NCBI RefSeq assembly: GCF_016433145.1
Contig: NC_058134.1
Coordinates: 186,181,550 to 186,245,549, forward strand
Direction: 5' to 3'
From: Gracilinanus agilis
Lineage: Eukaryota
DNA: 64,000 nucleotides
Part shown: in pieces, positions 25,382 to 38,628 of the stretch
Position numbering within the stretch: position 1 is the first letter of the stretch
Layout of the letters: every line of letters begins with the position of its first letter
The notes under the pieces: model-generated
What the model was told of the DNA's origin: nothing
Databases searched by the model: none
Seen by the model: only the letters and a program-made list of their open reading frames with translations
Program-made: the position numbers and the translations under genes

Positions 25382-27067
25382 CTTCAGGTTTAAAAGATAA
25401 TTTTAAATGATTTCTACCTTATCCTTTTTCAGAATTAAATTTTTTTAAATAATCATAAAATTATTGAATTAGAATTTTTTGTCCGAGCATACATTCAAGT
25501 CTGCTGGATTTAAAAAAAAAAAAAAGTCTACAGGATAGCAACTTAGCTACACTCCTATAACAGGTACAAAGGACAAGAAAAACAGCAGAATTCAGTATGA
25601 AATTAAATTAAATTAAATGGAATAGTGTTTAGATGACACAGATCTCTATGAAATGAGTTGTAAAGCCTACAACTTTTACCTCATTTTGTCAGATATAATA
25701 GAAAACTGAGGATGGATATGGATAAAAGGTTAATAACAGTTTAAGTTTATGCAGTGATTTGAAAGTTGTAAAGTGTTATGATATCATACTTAAGCTTATT
25801 AACAATCTAATGAAATCGAGGTATTATCCCCATTTTATAGCATGTCTGAAGTTACTAATCTTACAGATGAAGGAAATTTAGGCTCAAGCAGGTTATGTGA
25901 CTTGCTTATAGATAGGAAGTACTAGGGAAAAAAAAGGATTTAAATCCTCTCCTCTTTACAAGACTCTATCACTCTACAGTTACTGCCTCTGTAAATCAAT
26001 CTATAATTATATTAAAAATTCCAAATCCTGCAACTCTAACATACACACACACCGAGTGGTTTCAGATGATGTGGAAAATAGCATAAAGGCCTTCAATAAA
26101 GGATTTTAAACAAAAATGTAAAGTAACATAAAAAAATGTTTTAAAAAACATTTTACAAACTTTAGTGTCCTTCAATTGGGGTACCAACGAATTTCATAAT
26201 TTGCTGAATTTTAAAACTCCTGGTTTATATCCTATTTGAATTTTATTTTCTATTAACAATAATGTGCCTACTCAATTATATTACTTTCAAGAGAAAATCT
26301 ATTTCTTGTCGCTGTTACTACTGAAAATAAAGGTTACATAGAAACATAAATCCCCATGTACTTGCAGATTTAAATTCAATGTAGAATTTTCTGATTTTTA
26401 TGTTGCTATTAGTCAGAAGCTTTGTTATAGAATATTTGTATTTTAAAATCTATTTTCTAAAACTAAGTTGACAAAAATAGTAAAACAAAAATGTGCTTTT
26501 GAGAAGAATATTTTAATTCTAAAAATCAAAGTCAACTGAAAAGTAAAGACTAAAACTAAGCAAGGTAGTTGGGTACCATCCCAATAATTAAATCAATGTG
26601 GAAAATTCTGTAAGCTTAAAAGTCTTAAATAGTACTAATATAAGATACTGGGGGTTTTTAATTATTATATGGTTATGGCACCTTTACTTACAGTATTACT
26701 GTAGTATTTCTGTAGTAAGTAATAGCATTTAAAGCAGAAGCAAATCAGAATGCAACACATGTTGGAGGAAGATTTTACCAACAAATACATGTGAATTTCA
26801 GATTTCCCCATTGATGGGAATGTCTCAAACATATTCATCACTACCTCCCTATCAGTTTGGTTTTTTTTAAGTCATTTAGGTCTCTTCAGGACCTTCTAAT
26901 GGTCAGGAATTAGACCTAATTTTTCTTAACCACAAAAGCAAAACTCTACAAAGATTTCCTCTGTAGAAACCTAATGCTTAATTTTGAAACTTTTGTCTGC
27001 TATAAATGAAAAGTCAGAACAAAAACCAAAGAATAATTTCCAAAATTTTAAGTGCATTAGTTTTTAC

Positions 27068-27208
27068 CTTTCATTAATATCTTCATCAGCAAATTCTGTG
27101 GGAATAAGAGAGAAATATTTTCCCATCTTTAGCCACAGATTAGATTTGGGGATCCAGCCATTATGTGCATGTATAGCATGAATTTTAGCAAGGTGACGGG
27201 CAATTAAC
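27068..27208 (-). CDS. ETNK1: ETNK1 coding exon 3 (R-LIARHLAKIHAIHAHNGWIPKSNLWLKMGKYFSLIPTEFADEDINE-R)
   Basis: Acceptor AAACAG|G, donor AG|GTAAAA, 141 nt, phases consistent with exons 2 and 4. Lies inside ORF 27064..27333. Confidence 0.98.
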
Positions 27209-28166
27209 CTGTTTAAAAACAAAATAAAATTCCATATAAGTAAACAAGTATAATAAACCTGAATTCTTTTTAGAAGGTACCAAAACACTCCTTTTTTATG
27301 CTTTTTCAATATTAGTATTAAACATCTACACACATTCTAATAGGATAGAGCCCTATAGTATAGTGATATTTAAGTTAAAAATAAGTGAAGGCTCTCATCA
27401 CAAGTTAAAATTTAAAAAAATTTAAAGCATTCAGAAAAGTAGAAATTTTTAGTCATGAATATCTGTAGAGCAACATCAAAAGTATCTTGATACAAAGCCC
27501 AGAGACAAGTATACAGACCCATAGACTAGTTTTGACTCCACTAATCCTGGGCTGGTGGAGAAATGACCCTTTTTAGATGTCTCTAAGGCAGATGCTGTAA
27601 AGGAAGGCAGGGAGACTGAAGTTTGAATTTTGTTCTGCCATTACACCTTGGCATATAATCTTAAGTCACCTGTGTACCTTAATTTTCTCAGTTCTCAAAA
27701 AAAGATGATTGACTAGAGATCTCAAAAGATTCTAATATGCCTTTTAGATGTTTCTCAAAAATACAAATATTTAAAAGATCCTTCTGAGCTGAGTCACTGT
27801 GACTAAAAAGGCAAAGGCCAAACAGAAAATTTTAAACTTCACTTCTACATCATTTCAAAAATAACTACTTTAAGTGGATCTTGTGTTTTGAACACCAGAT
27901 TTTCAGGAACATACACAAAAAATGTTTAATTCTGAACGTTACATATTGCCACAAACTAGAGGAAGATCAAACATAGTCTAATAAAGAGAAAAAGTGTTTT
28001 TTCATCCTGAAGTGTTCATGATTAATACAAGCAAATAAAGTCATCATGAACATTTACATCCCATGAAAAGAGCCTCCAAACCAAGTCAACATTAACCTTG
28101 ATATTTAGTGAGGTCTATGTGAAAACAAACCAAAACATCAGAATATATGATTTAGGATTAAGAAAT

Positions 28167-28788
28167 TGTGTAAATAGAATTAGATCAAGCCCATTCATAG
28201 TTAAAACTCTAGCCACCAGAGAAAATGTCATTCCCCACATCCCTTAGAGGGGAGGGGAGATGAGTTGCCCACACGTGACAATAAGTAACAAATCAAAAAC
28301 AAGGGACTGCCCTTTGGGCAGTCCAAAACCAGTACTAAGGCTGCCATTTGTCCACTTGAATTAGAGGTGGACCCCAGGAAGTAATGAAAGATGCTATCTA
28401 TTCAAGTATGATGGTAACTTCCTGCTGAGAAATTTCTGGCTTTGAACTTGGTGCTGAAGGATCTCGGCTGAGATCTCAGGCAGCTTTCCTTCTGAATTGT
28501 CCCGTGGGCGAGTTAGGCTGACTTCCTTAGGCCTACCTTGGCGTTTTCCAGAGTCTTTACCTCAAGAAGGTTTCTTTGCCTCTCTAACTGCAAAGGCCTT
28601 GTGGCTAGTAGCCTATTTAATTAATCTTTTAATTCTCACTCGGTCCGGACCAGAGTTTCTTTCTCTCTCTCTCTTCTTACCTTCAACCTTCCTAATTGTA
28701 AATAAACTACCATAAAACCCATCCTGACTTGGATCTATTTTAATTATGGAATCAACCTAGATCTGATTGATTCCTAGTGACCACACCT

Positions 28789-28826
<38 letters not shown>

Positions 28827-28845
28827 CTAATTTTTCCTTATTACA
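28167..28845 (+). mobile_element. Solo LTR (ERV1-like)
   Basis: TG...CA termini and 4-bp TSD AAAT at 28163..28166 and 28846..28849. AATAAA near 28700, internal (TA)n tract. Confidence 0.8.
28791..28822. repeat. (TA)n microsatellite inside the solo LTR
   Basis: Seen directly. Confidence 0.9.
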
Positions 28846-28929
28846 AAATGAAAGGCAAAAAAGCCCCCTAGGAAATACACTGGATGTGACGATATCATAA
28901 AATTGGCTTAAAAAGAATAATTAGACTCA

Positions 28930-29460
28930 CATGTACAAAAACACTGCCAGCAGCTCTCTTTGGGGTGACAAAGAATTGGAAATTGAGGAGATGCTCATCA
29001 ATTGAGGAAAGGCTAAACAAGTTGTGGCATATGACTGTGACTGAACACTACTGCCATAAGAAATAATATGACAGGTGGTTTGTATAGGTAAGAACCACTG
29101 GAAGATCAATGTGCATAGTAAAAGCAATGCTATAATGTTGATCAACTATGAAAGACTTGGCTACTCTGATTGATATAATGATTCAAGTCAATTCACAAAC
29201 ACTCATGATGAAAAATGTTCCTCAGGAAAGAGAACTGATGAACTGAGTGCAATAAAGTATAATTGTCTCACTTTTTTTTTTTTTTTTTTGGAAATGTGGC
29301 TAATAGGGAAGTGGTTTAACATGAATTCAAATGTATAAATAATATCATATTGCTTGCCTTTCTAAGTGGGTTGGGGAAGAATAGGAGGAAGGGAATTTGG
29401 AACTCAAAACTTAAAAAGGAAAGAATATTAAAAACAAATAAAGAGGGGGGAGTCACAAAA
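28930..29460 (+). mobile_element. L1 3' end fragment
   Basis: ORF2 C-terminal (…GAAATTGAGGAGATGCTCATCAATTGAGGAAAGGCTAAACAAGTTGTGG…) and 3' UTR-like sequence. Confidence 0.75.
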
Positions 29461-30669
29461 GAAAAAAAAGGAATAGTTTTTAAGAGCCATTTTGAAATCA
29501 GATCATCAACTTGGTAAAGCAAAGATAAAAACCTCTTCTCTAAAACTAGATTCAAGAACAACTAATTGACCCTCTATCTTTAAGCAGTAAAATTAAGAAA
29601 AAAATACCTATGATCTGCTCTGAAAACTTTAAAATCGTTATCTAGAGACAATGAAATTTTGCAGCAAGCACAATTCTGTTAAAAGTACATCACCTGTGTG
29701 TCCTTAATTGCTGCTTGTCAAAAAAAATACACTCTTTTAAAACCCTAAATTAAGGCTCTACTAATTTTTAACTTGAAATAACTTAGAAAAAGCTAGGCTG
29801 AAGTATATATTTTTTCATGACATATAAAAAAAGGATATGTCAAGAAACTAAATGATAAGTCTGCAAGAGTATTTAGTCTAAACAAAAGAATAAAAATGCT
29901 TCTCCCTCCTCTCACCCCAACCAACATGCCTCTTCATTAAAATAAAATCAGCAAGATGTGGAAAATCTTTTTAAGTCATTAAAGTACATATAGGAGCATA
30001 CATGAATGAATTAACAAATGAAAGAATAGGAATTTATTATGCATTTACTATGTACTAAGCACTAGGGATATAGGGAAGACAGTCCCTGCTTTCAAGGAAT
30101 CACATCTTAACTGGAGAAGACAATACACGTAGGAGAGTTAAACAATCAAGGCAGGTAAAAAGAACTAGAAGCCCTAAAGGTTCAGTTACTGGGGTATCTG
30201 ACCCACATGAGCAGCCCACCATTGTTGGAAAGGGGGAAGTAGGTATACAGCTCAGAATGAAGAAAGGATTATAAAATGGGGGACTCAATGTCCAGCCAAG
30301 AGGACAAAAGGATAAGTGACCGGAAGGAAGCCTGAGGGTATATGTCAGTTTGGGCTGGAAATTAAGGTATGAATTAAATTAATAAAACTATTATTTGGAA
30401 TGAGAATTGAAAATTCCTTCCTTTTCAGTTTCCTCCTCATGAAAAATAAAAGGTACAGAATTAAATGTTTTCCAAAATCCATTTCAGATCTAAATCCTTT
30501 GATCCTATAATTCTGTAGTTCTAGCCTTCCCCCTAATTAGCTTTAACAATGAAGTGTACTATCAGATCTAGTAGCTAGACAAAAATGCTGCATAAATTCT
30601 TAGCGCTAAAGCAAAAAAAAAAATGAAAAAAAACCCTGAGGACCTCTGAAATTAGTCTCAAATATGTGG

Positions 30670-30875
30670 TTTTTAAAATTTAAACTCGTACCTTCCATCT
30701 TAGAATTAATACTGTGAATTTGTTCTAAAGCAGAAGAGTGGTAAAGGCTAGGCAATGGGGGTTAAGTGACTTGCCCAGGGTCACACACCTAGGAAGTGTC
30801 TGAGACCACATTTGAACCCAGGACCTCCCATCTCTAGGTCTGGCTCTCAATTCACTGAGCCACCAAGCTGCTCCC
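30670..30875 (-). mobile_element. SINE1_Mdo-like SINE
   Basis: Reverse-complement match to the family over about 200 bp. Confidence 0.9.
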
Positions 30876-32719
30876 ATCTTCTCTGATTTTTCATTAAATT
30901 TCAACCTGAATTTCTAATGGCATTCGCGCTTTAAAAGAAAATACTGGTGGGTTGCCTGGAAAAATTTAAGAATCTTCAAATTTTTAAAAGATTCTAAAGT
31001 GAGGGGCCAGAATTTTTAAAAAATTATGCTGTGACTTTATGACACTAAATTGTTCTAAGAACTTTCATTTTATTATCAAAATTAATAAGCATTAGGCTCA
31101 AGTACAATAAAATAAATATGAAATGAAAAATAGATTATTTAAATTTTCTGACTTTAAAAGTATATTTTTAAGTATGGTCACAAACAATATATGTAGCTAT
31201 AGATGAACAGGCTAATTAAAATTCAGTCCCATGCTACTTTCACTGGACCTTGCCCAAGTTCCACTCTGGCACTAAACACTGGACTGCATTCTTCCCTCCT
31301 ACCCTACCAGATAAGGTGGGTTCTCCTTGTGGTTCCTCCACACCTTTCTGGGCTGAAGCATTATTTCCCTTTTGCTATTAGTTCCTCAGCTTTAGAATTC
31401 ATTTTGAGACATTTTTGGGGGGTGGATTTGGTAAGCTTGGAGTGCTGCTTATTCTGTCATCTGAGCTCCCCAAAGCAGAAATCAGTATTGCAGGTTAGCC
31501 TATTTGAAATTATTGTTTCATGGCATATCACAACTTAAGTCAAACATTTTTGTAGAAAATTTTAAAATACCTCAAAAGATAATACTTATATGATAAAGAT
31601 GGTGAGAACAAGTTTATCTTAACAACCAAATCTTATCTACATTAAACTACTGTACAAAAGGATTCAATTTAAAGAAAGAAACAGAATAATCTACTGGCAA
31701 CTTCCTTCCCTACTCTAGAACATTTCCATGTATCGAAACACAAAAAGAATTTTGTACATAAACCCATGAATCTCCATTTCATACACCTGCTTTTTAAACA
31801 AATAAAATAAACTTCACAAATTATTTTCAAAATTATCTGACCTTCAGGGTTTCCTTCAGTTCTCTTCTAGGCATTTAAAAAAGTATTTCAATTGCCTTTG
31901 GGGGGTGGGGGGGGACATCACTATTACTAACCTGTTCTTGAAACTTCAACCTCATCCCCCAACAAAAAAAAAAAAGAGTAACCAAAAAAAAAAATCCTTA
32001 TAATAAGTAAATGAATCCACACAGTGGCCATATCCAAAAATGTGTCTCTGCACCTCAAATCCATCACCCCTGTCAGGAAGTAACATATTTCAGCATAAGT
32101 CCACTGAAGATATGGCTAGTCAGTTTCAAAATTGTTTTAATGTACAGTGCTATTGATCTTGTATAAGCTGTACTCCTGGTTCCTTCTGCTTATTTCACTC
32201 TGCATCAGTTCTCTGATTCTATGCTTTAATGTGTAAATACTGAAATCCAAGCTATTTATCTTCTAGGTAATAACGTCACATTATATTACCTTTTACTATT
32301 TGCATCTAAAACCCTAAAACCTCTTATGAGCACATACGCACAGGGAGAGACATTAGCAGCAACTCAAATTTTTGTAACAAGTTAGACAGGCAAACTTCAC
32401 TAAATCGCTCACTGGTTCTATCATCCCAGTTACACATACCCCTGTGCTCTACCACACACTACCAATCCGTATCAATATCATTCCTAAAATGTTGAGCACA
32501 GACCTGAAGACTATGTGTTTTTTCTAGAATACAGTAATATAAAAAAATTATCTCCCTAGTCTTGAATAATTATTATGCCTACTTTAAGTAATCTACGATT
32601 GGTTAATTCTGCCTTTCATGTGAGATCTTGACTTCTGTGGCACTTGTAGACCATGAAAGCCTCATCATTTTTTTTTTCACATCAAAGGCCACATATCTCC
32701 CTTTCCATTTGTGTGGTTC

Positions 32720-34150
32720 ATTTTTTTTCAAATAACAATACTATCTAAACTAATTTATACCAAAAACTCCCAAACGAGTATTTTTATAGAGCTAGAAAAA
32801 AAATAAAGTTATTATGGAGGAATAAAAAGACAAGAATATCAAGGACAATCTTTTTTAAAAGTAGATAGGGGAGAGGGAAAAGAGCCTATCAATTCCTGAT
32901 CCCAAACTATACTACAAAACAGTAATTATTTAAATGATTTCAGACTACTTAAAAATAGAGAGATCAATCCATAGAAGGGATCAGGCACACACCATACAAA
33001 AGCAAACAAACACAATGGCATAGTGTTTCATAAAACTAAAGATCCTAATTACAGGGGTAAAGACTCCCTATTGGAGAAAAACTGTTGATAAAACTGTACA
33101 GGATTCCAGAAGAGAAAAAAGCTTAATCCATCATCTCATACCATATTACTAAGCTAAGAAATTTGATCTAGAAATAAAAGGCCACATCATGAATAAATTA
33201 TAAAAACAAATTAATTTTCAAATCTACGTACAGGAAAGAATGCATGACCAAATGAGAGAATCATAAATGATAAATGGACATTTTAGTTATACAAAATTTA
33301 AAATTTTTCATAAACAAATCCAATGCAATTAAGCAGAAAAATAGTAACTGGGCAAAAAATATCTTTATAGTATGTTTCTCTGGTAAAGGTCTCATTTCTG
33401 AGATATATACAGAACTAATTCAAATTTTTAAGAATAAGAATCCTCCATGAACTGATTCGGAGTAAAACAAGCAGATCCAAGAGAACATTGTGCACAGTAA
33501 ATGAAACATTATGGGACGCCCAAATGTAATACTTTGCTACTAATAGCAATGCAATGGTCCAGGACAATCCTGAGGGACTTATAAGAAAGAATGCTATCCA
33601 CATCGAGAAAAAGAACTGTGGGAGTTGAAACATAGGGAAAAAAACAACAACATATGATTTATTACTTATTTATATGAGTATAAGAATTGGGGTTTTGGTT
33701 TTAGAAGATTATCACAAAAATGAATAATATGGAAATAGGTATTGAGTGATGATACATGTATAACCCAGTGGAATTGCTTGTTAGCTCTGGGAGGGGGAAG
33801 GGAAGAGGGAAGGGAGAGAACATGGATCCTGTAACCTTGGGAAAATACTTAAAAGTAAATAAATTAAATACTAAATAAATAAATAAAATTAGGCTGAGAA
33901 AAAAAGAATTAAGAATCATTCTTCATTTGATAAACAATCAAAGGATATGAACAAGTAGTTCTCAAGGGAAGAAATCCAAGCTGGTTGTAGGTTTGTGGGG
34001 GGAAAAAGTTCCAAATCATTAATTAGAGGAGCTTAAATTAAAATGACTTTGAGGTTCTAACATCAAATTCATCAAACTGGCAAAGATGACAAACAGGGAA
34101 AAAGACAAATGCTGGACTGGCATGAGAAAAGTGAAACCTTAAATTGATCC
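32720..34150 (+). mobile_element. Old L1 ORF2 3' fragment interrupted by a younger L1
   Basis: Degenerate ORF2 (KFIW..KR.RI.K-like region and GATAAAGGTCTCATTTC motif). Resumes after 33917. Confidence 0.8.
33443..33903 (+). mobile_element. 5'-truncated younger L1 3' UTR nested in the old L1
   Basis: G-rich 3' segment and (TAAA)n tail. TSD-like AAGAATAAGAATC (33430..33442) and AAGAATTAAGAATC (33904..33917). Confidence 0.75.
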
Positions 34151-34489
34151 AACTATTCTGATAATTGGAAGGAAAAAAAAACAAAAGCATAAGAAATGTC
34201 ATACCAGCTAGGCCTACATATGGGAACAAAACTATACAAACTAAACAAAACTATAGGCACATGGATATAAGAAAAAAAGATCATGATGACAAAGGATAGG
34301 AAAAGGTCAAGACAACTTTGGTCTGCTTCAGAGATTTGAACTTTAATATGTGACAACAGATGAGATTAGCTAGCTGTGTAGAGGAAATTTTTCTAATAAT
34401 TTATCCTATTATATCATTTATTTGTGGACAACTGTTTAAAAAATGAAAAATATTTAAATTTTTGTGTGAAGATACTTCAAATACAAACA

Positions 34490-35480
34490 CAAAAGTGAAA
34501 AAACCTTTGCCTTCAAGGAGCTTACATTTTACTTGGGAAAGTAACATGTCCATGGATAAAGAAATACCAAGTAATGGGGACAGGAATTAACAAATATGAG
34601 AAGGAAAAAACCCCTTTAGTAAAAAACATTTGAAATGGTCCTTGGCTGGAGCTAGGGATTCAAAGAAGCAGAGTGAAAGAGGGAGTTTATTCAAAGGCAT
34701 AGAAAGTGGAGATGAAAAGTTGTACACAAAGAAAAGAAAGTAGGGCAGTTTGTCTGATTAGAATATGTACAGCAACAGAGAGCCACTAAAGCAGAGTACT
34801 GACACAGACTTTTTTAGGAATATCAATTTTGCAGCTAAGTGGAGGACAGATTGCAAAAGACTGGAGGCAGGAAGACCAATTAAAAAGCTAGTACAATGGT
34901 CTAAGTCAGTTATAGGCAAACTGTGGCCCCCTGAAATGTTCTATCCGGCTGCGCGATATTATTCCTAATCTGACAAATACAATGAGTAGGATACAATGCA
35001 ATGAAACTTCAAAAGAGTTGCTTTAGAAACAGACTGACAAATGAGCATTTTCTTTCCTTTGGCCTCCTCTTTAAAAAGTTTGCCCATCACTGGTCTAAGT
35101 AATAAATAATTATTAGAGAGACAGTCATCTGAAAAACGGAAAGCATATGAGAGATGTTGTCTTAGTAGAATCAACAAAACTTGGAAACTGACTGGCTATG
35201 TGGAGAGTTATAAGGTTACAGATCTGATGATGAGGTTAAGGGGACATTTAGATTAAGATGTTCAATAGGCAACTAACTGGTAGTACAGGACTGAAGTTCA
35301 GAAGATGAGGACTGTCCATGTAGACCCAGGAGTCATCCTCAGAGATAATAACTGAACCCCTAGAAAAACCCAGATGCACTATTCAAGAAAGAAAGGAGAG
35401 ACAGGCAAGACCAAAGTAGAGAGTATTACAGTACTTTAACGGAAAGAGGAAGAAACACAGATGATAATCTAGGAAAAAGG
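34490..35480 (-). mobile_element. L2 fragments hosting the hAT MITE at 34907
   Basis: CAAGGAGCTTACATTTTA and GGAGGCAGGAAGACCAATT motifs. Confidence 0.65.
34907..35092. mobile_element. hAT MITE, family C (TIR CAGT[G/T]AT[G/A]GGCAAACT), inserted in L2
   Basis: 16-bp TIRs with 2 mismatches. Perfect TSD GTCTAAGT at 34899..34906 and 35093..35100. Confidence 0.92.
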
Positions 35481-35492
35481 TTGGAGAAATAA

Positions 35493-35745
35493 TGTTTGTT
35501 CTTATTTAGTCATTTTATTCTAGTCCAACGAGAAACTCTTGTGAGAAAACCCCATTTTGGTAAAAATGCTGAAGTGGTTTTATCATTTCCTTCCTGATAT
35601 CATTTTTATAGATGAGGAAACTGAAACAAACGGGGCTAAGTGAATTGCCCAGGGTCACACAGCTAGTAAGTGTCTGAGGTTGGATTTTAACTCAGTAAGG
35701 TGAGTGTTCCTGACTCCAACTCTGGCATATCCACTATGCCACCCA
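35493..35745 (-). mobile_element. MAR1-type CORE-SINE
   Basis: Reverse complement of the 48592 element type, with CORE and RTE-like tail. Confidence 0.8.
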
Positions 35746-36329
35746 GATAAAACGAAAACCAAGGTAAGAGCAGATCCATGAAAACTCAGAGGGTAGAGAT
35801 CAAGGACAAAAATAAAAGGCCATAGGATTTGGCACTTATCATTTATTGCTGGTATCATATATTGCTGGTAACCTTAGAAAGAAGTTAAAGCCAGACTGTA
35901 AGGGAAGAAAAATCACTGGGAAATTAGAAAGAGGAGAGAATAAATGTAGTTATCCCCTAACAATCTGGCAGTGAAAGGGAGAATATAGAATGACCATTTT
36001 AGGAGATATGATCAAATAAAGGTTTCTTAAAGTGAGAATGGAGTGGGCAAGAAGGGACTGCTGCAAGCCCTACTAGGGCCTATTTCCCCATGGACACAAA
36101 GCAGAGCTAGGTCTTCCCTGAGTGCCTTGAAGCTGTCATGAATGCTGTAATGCTCCTTTTCTATGGCTCAGAGATGCTACTCAACATGCTAACTCCTCAG
36201 ACCTCCTCCCATATGAACACTTATTTTAGTACAAAAGAGTCAACAAGCCTGACTCATTCATGAGTCTTTACATTCCACTGCACATTCCCCTGGTGCCCTA
36301 GTCTCACTAGAAGTAGCAAAGGGCTGCTC

Positions 36330-36600
36330 CTTCATTTGTTGTCCACAGACCATCACGCATAAGGCCTTTCTCTGCTCTACCACCTCCCCAGAGTCTGAAC
36401 TCTGTCCAAGCTCATTTTTTGTTTCTTCCAAAACACTATCCATCCTGTCTTCTGCCATCTTCTTCTCTTTTTGCATTCAATCTTTCTCAACATCAAAATT
36501 TTTTTCAGAGTCTTATTTTCTCCATATGTGGCCAAATATTTAAGCTTCAGTATTTATCCTTCCAAGAGTAGTTGGAATTAACTGATCACTCGATCTACTT
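36330..36600 (-). mobile_element. RTE (BovB-like) LINE 3' fragment
   Basis: CTGCCATCTTCTTCTCTTTTTGCATTCAATCTTTCTCAACATC...GTGGCCAAATATTTAAGCTTCAG resembles the RTE/ART2A 3' region. Confidence 0.65.
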
Positions 36601-37989
36601 GGCCCAGATATGAAACTTTTAGGTCTTCACAATTAAAACAAATCAGATTAAATAAAATAGCTAGAATAATTAGTGGATTCTAGGAGCTAGGTGCCCCTTT
36701 TATCATTGGCTTTTAGGGAATATCTGAACATAATAGTATCTTCCAAACCAGCCAAAAGTACCAGTTCTATATCAACATCAGGACAGAATTATACAAGTAG
36801 CCTTCATCAGGAGTTATCTCAATTGGTAAAACCATAAATTTGGAACAAAAAAATATTTTTTTCTTTAGAATATTTAATAACTTTGTTGGTCTTTTGTTTA
36901 ACAACTATACAATGCAATGATGTGTCTTCAATAAACTGTTTTTAAAAAAATAAAAGATTCCTGGGTTTTCTTCTGGTTTTTGATAGCTTGGATGCTATCA
37001 TCCTCTTCATATGGTTTGGATTTGCTTTCATCTCCCCTCCCAATAGTTACATTAAAAACCCCAACTGAGACATTGTAGAAATAAAGAGTTTCATTATTTT
37101 TAGACATGCTGCTCCAATGGGCGGAGGAGGGAATATCATGAGCATATACCTCTTGGATTTAGCAGTTGCTTTTGTTTGCAAAAGAGAATTAACTTGCATT
37201 TTTCCTTAATGAAATTCACCACCTGCCTAACACCAATTCTATTCACTCAGAATTCATGTGGGTAAAGTTTAACTCTGCATTATGAAATATGATTTCAGAG
37301 GAGTTTTAATCCATTTGAGAATCTAATTTCCAGAAAAATAGTAGGAATCATTTTGTGAAATGTTATTGTCATGGACTCATTCATTAACATACATAGATAG
37401 AGCAAGATTGCTACTTGCACAGATTCATAATCAGAACCAGAAGAGAGAAATATCTAAATCATATCCTTTTATTTTACAGAGGCGAGAGCTGGGGCTTGAT
37501 GAGATTCACATGACTTGTCCAAGTTCACAAAGTAGAGCGAATAAGGTTTAGAAACTAGGTCACTTAGCTCCTAAAATCCATTGCTCATTCTAATCATATT
37601 ATTCAGTACACTTTGTTTTAAGTGTGAACACCTAAAAGTTTCAATGGTTGGTCAAGTAGGTAGAATAATCAAACAGACAGTGTGTTACATTCACATTCAT
37701 CCAATATCAATGGATATGATGGAAAAGTCCCTTAAGAACACAAGATGTATATCCTGTTACAGCATTCATGAGAGGAATGGGCAAGAATTTAGCAAAGAAT
37801 TAGATCATAGCACAAAGTATAATTTATGTTAAAACTGCATAACCAAAATTTCTTTTAAACCATTTCCTTTAATTTATGACATGCTGAACCAAAATGATTA
37901 ATAGAAACATATGTTCTTAACTCTTGTTTTTTAAAACATCGATTTCATAAATACAAGATGGGAAAAGCATAGTTGACATTTTACCTGAC

Positions 37990-38628
37990 AAAAGAATCAG
38001 AAGCTATGGGTTGTTAAAAAAACAGTAAGTTCAATGAGATAGCAATATGTTATGGTAAACAAAAAAAGCTAATATGCCTTGATAGGCATAATTTATAGGC
38101 CTAGGAAGACTGTGCCCTGGTATGAACAGACCATTTTCAAAGTACTATGCCGAGTTCTGGGTTCCAGTTTAGGAAAGACGTTAATAAGCTTGGAAGCATG
38201 GAAGAGGATAAACAGTGGTGAAGGTCTCAAGTTTCTGTCCCATTAAGATCAGCTAGATAAAGATTTTTACCTTGGGAAAAAAAAGATTCAAGAGGGACAT
38301 GACAGCTGTCTTTAAGTATATAAATAACTGTCCTATAAGAGGAAGTAGATTTGTTATGATTGGCCCCTGAGGGCAGAAATAGGAACTTAATGATGATAAG
38401 TTGTAAAGAGACAAATTTAGATTTGAGATCAGGAACTTTGTAATACTTAGAACTGCTCAAAGGTAGAACTGGTTGCCTCAGGAGGTTGTAGTTTTTACTC
38501 TCATTGGAGGGTTTCAAATAGAAGTCGGGAGGACAGCTTCTCTGGTATGTTTTGGTGGGAATTCATTTGAAAACTCAGGTTAGAATGGATAGCACTGAGG
38601 TCCCTTCCAATTCTTAAATTCTTTGATT
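37990..38628 (+). mobile_element. L3/CR1 3' end
   Basis: YCAQFW.P-like (TACTATGCCGAGTTCTGGGTTCC) and GACATGACAGCTGTCTTTAAGTAT motifs, tail GGTCCCTTCCAATTCT...TTCTTTGATTC. Confidence 0.85.

Noticed and set aside
36258-36476. 72-aa ORF MQKEKKMAEDRMDSV...
   Set aside because: Overlaps an RTE LINE 3' remnant.
36900-37160. Roughly 75-codon stop-free frame on the - strand over repeat copy A (…MSKNNETLYFYNVSVGVFNVTIG…), with three N-glycosylation sequons
   Set aside because: That length is expected by chance, there is no good acceptor, Asn-rich sequons arise easily in AT-rich DNA, and copy B has a stop and a frameshift.
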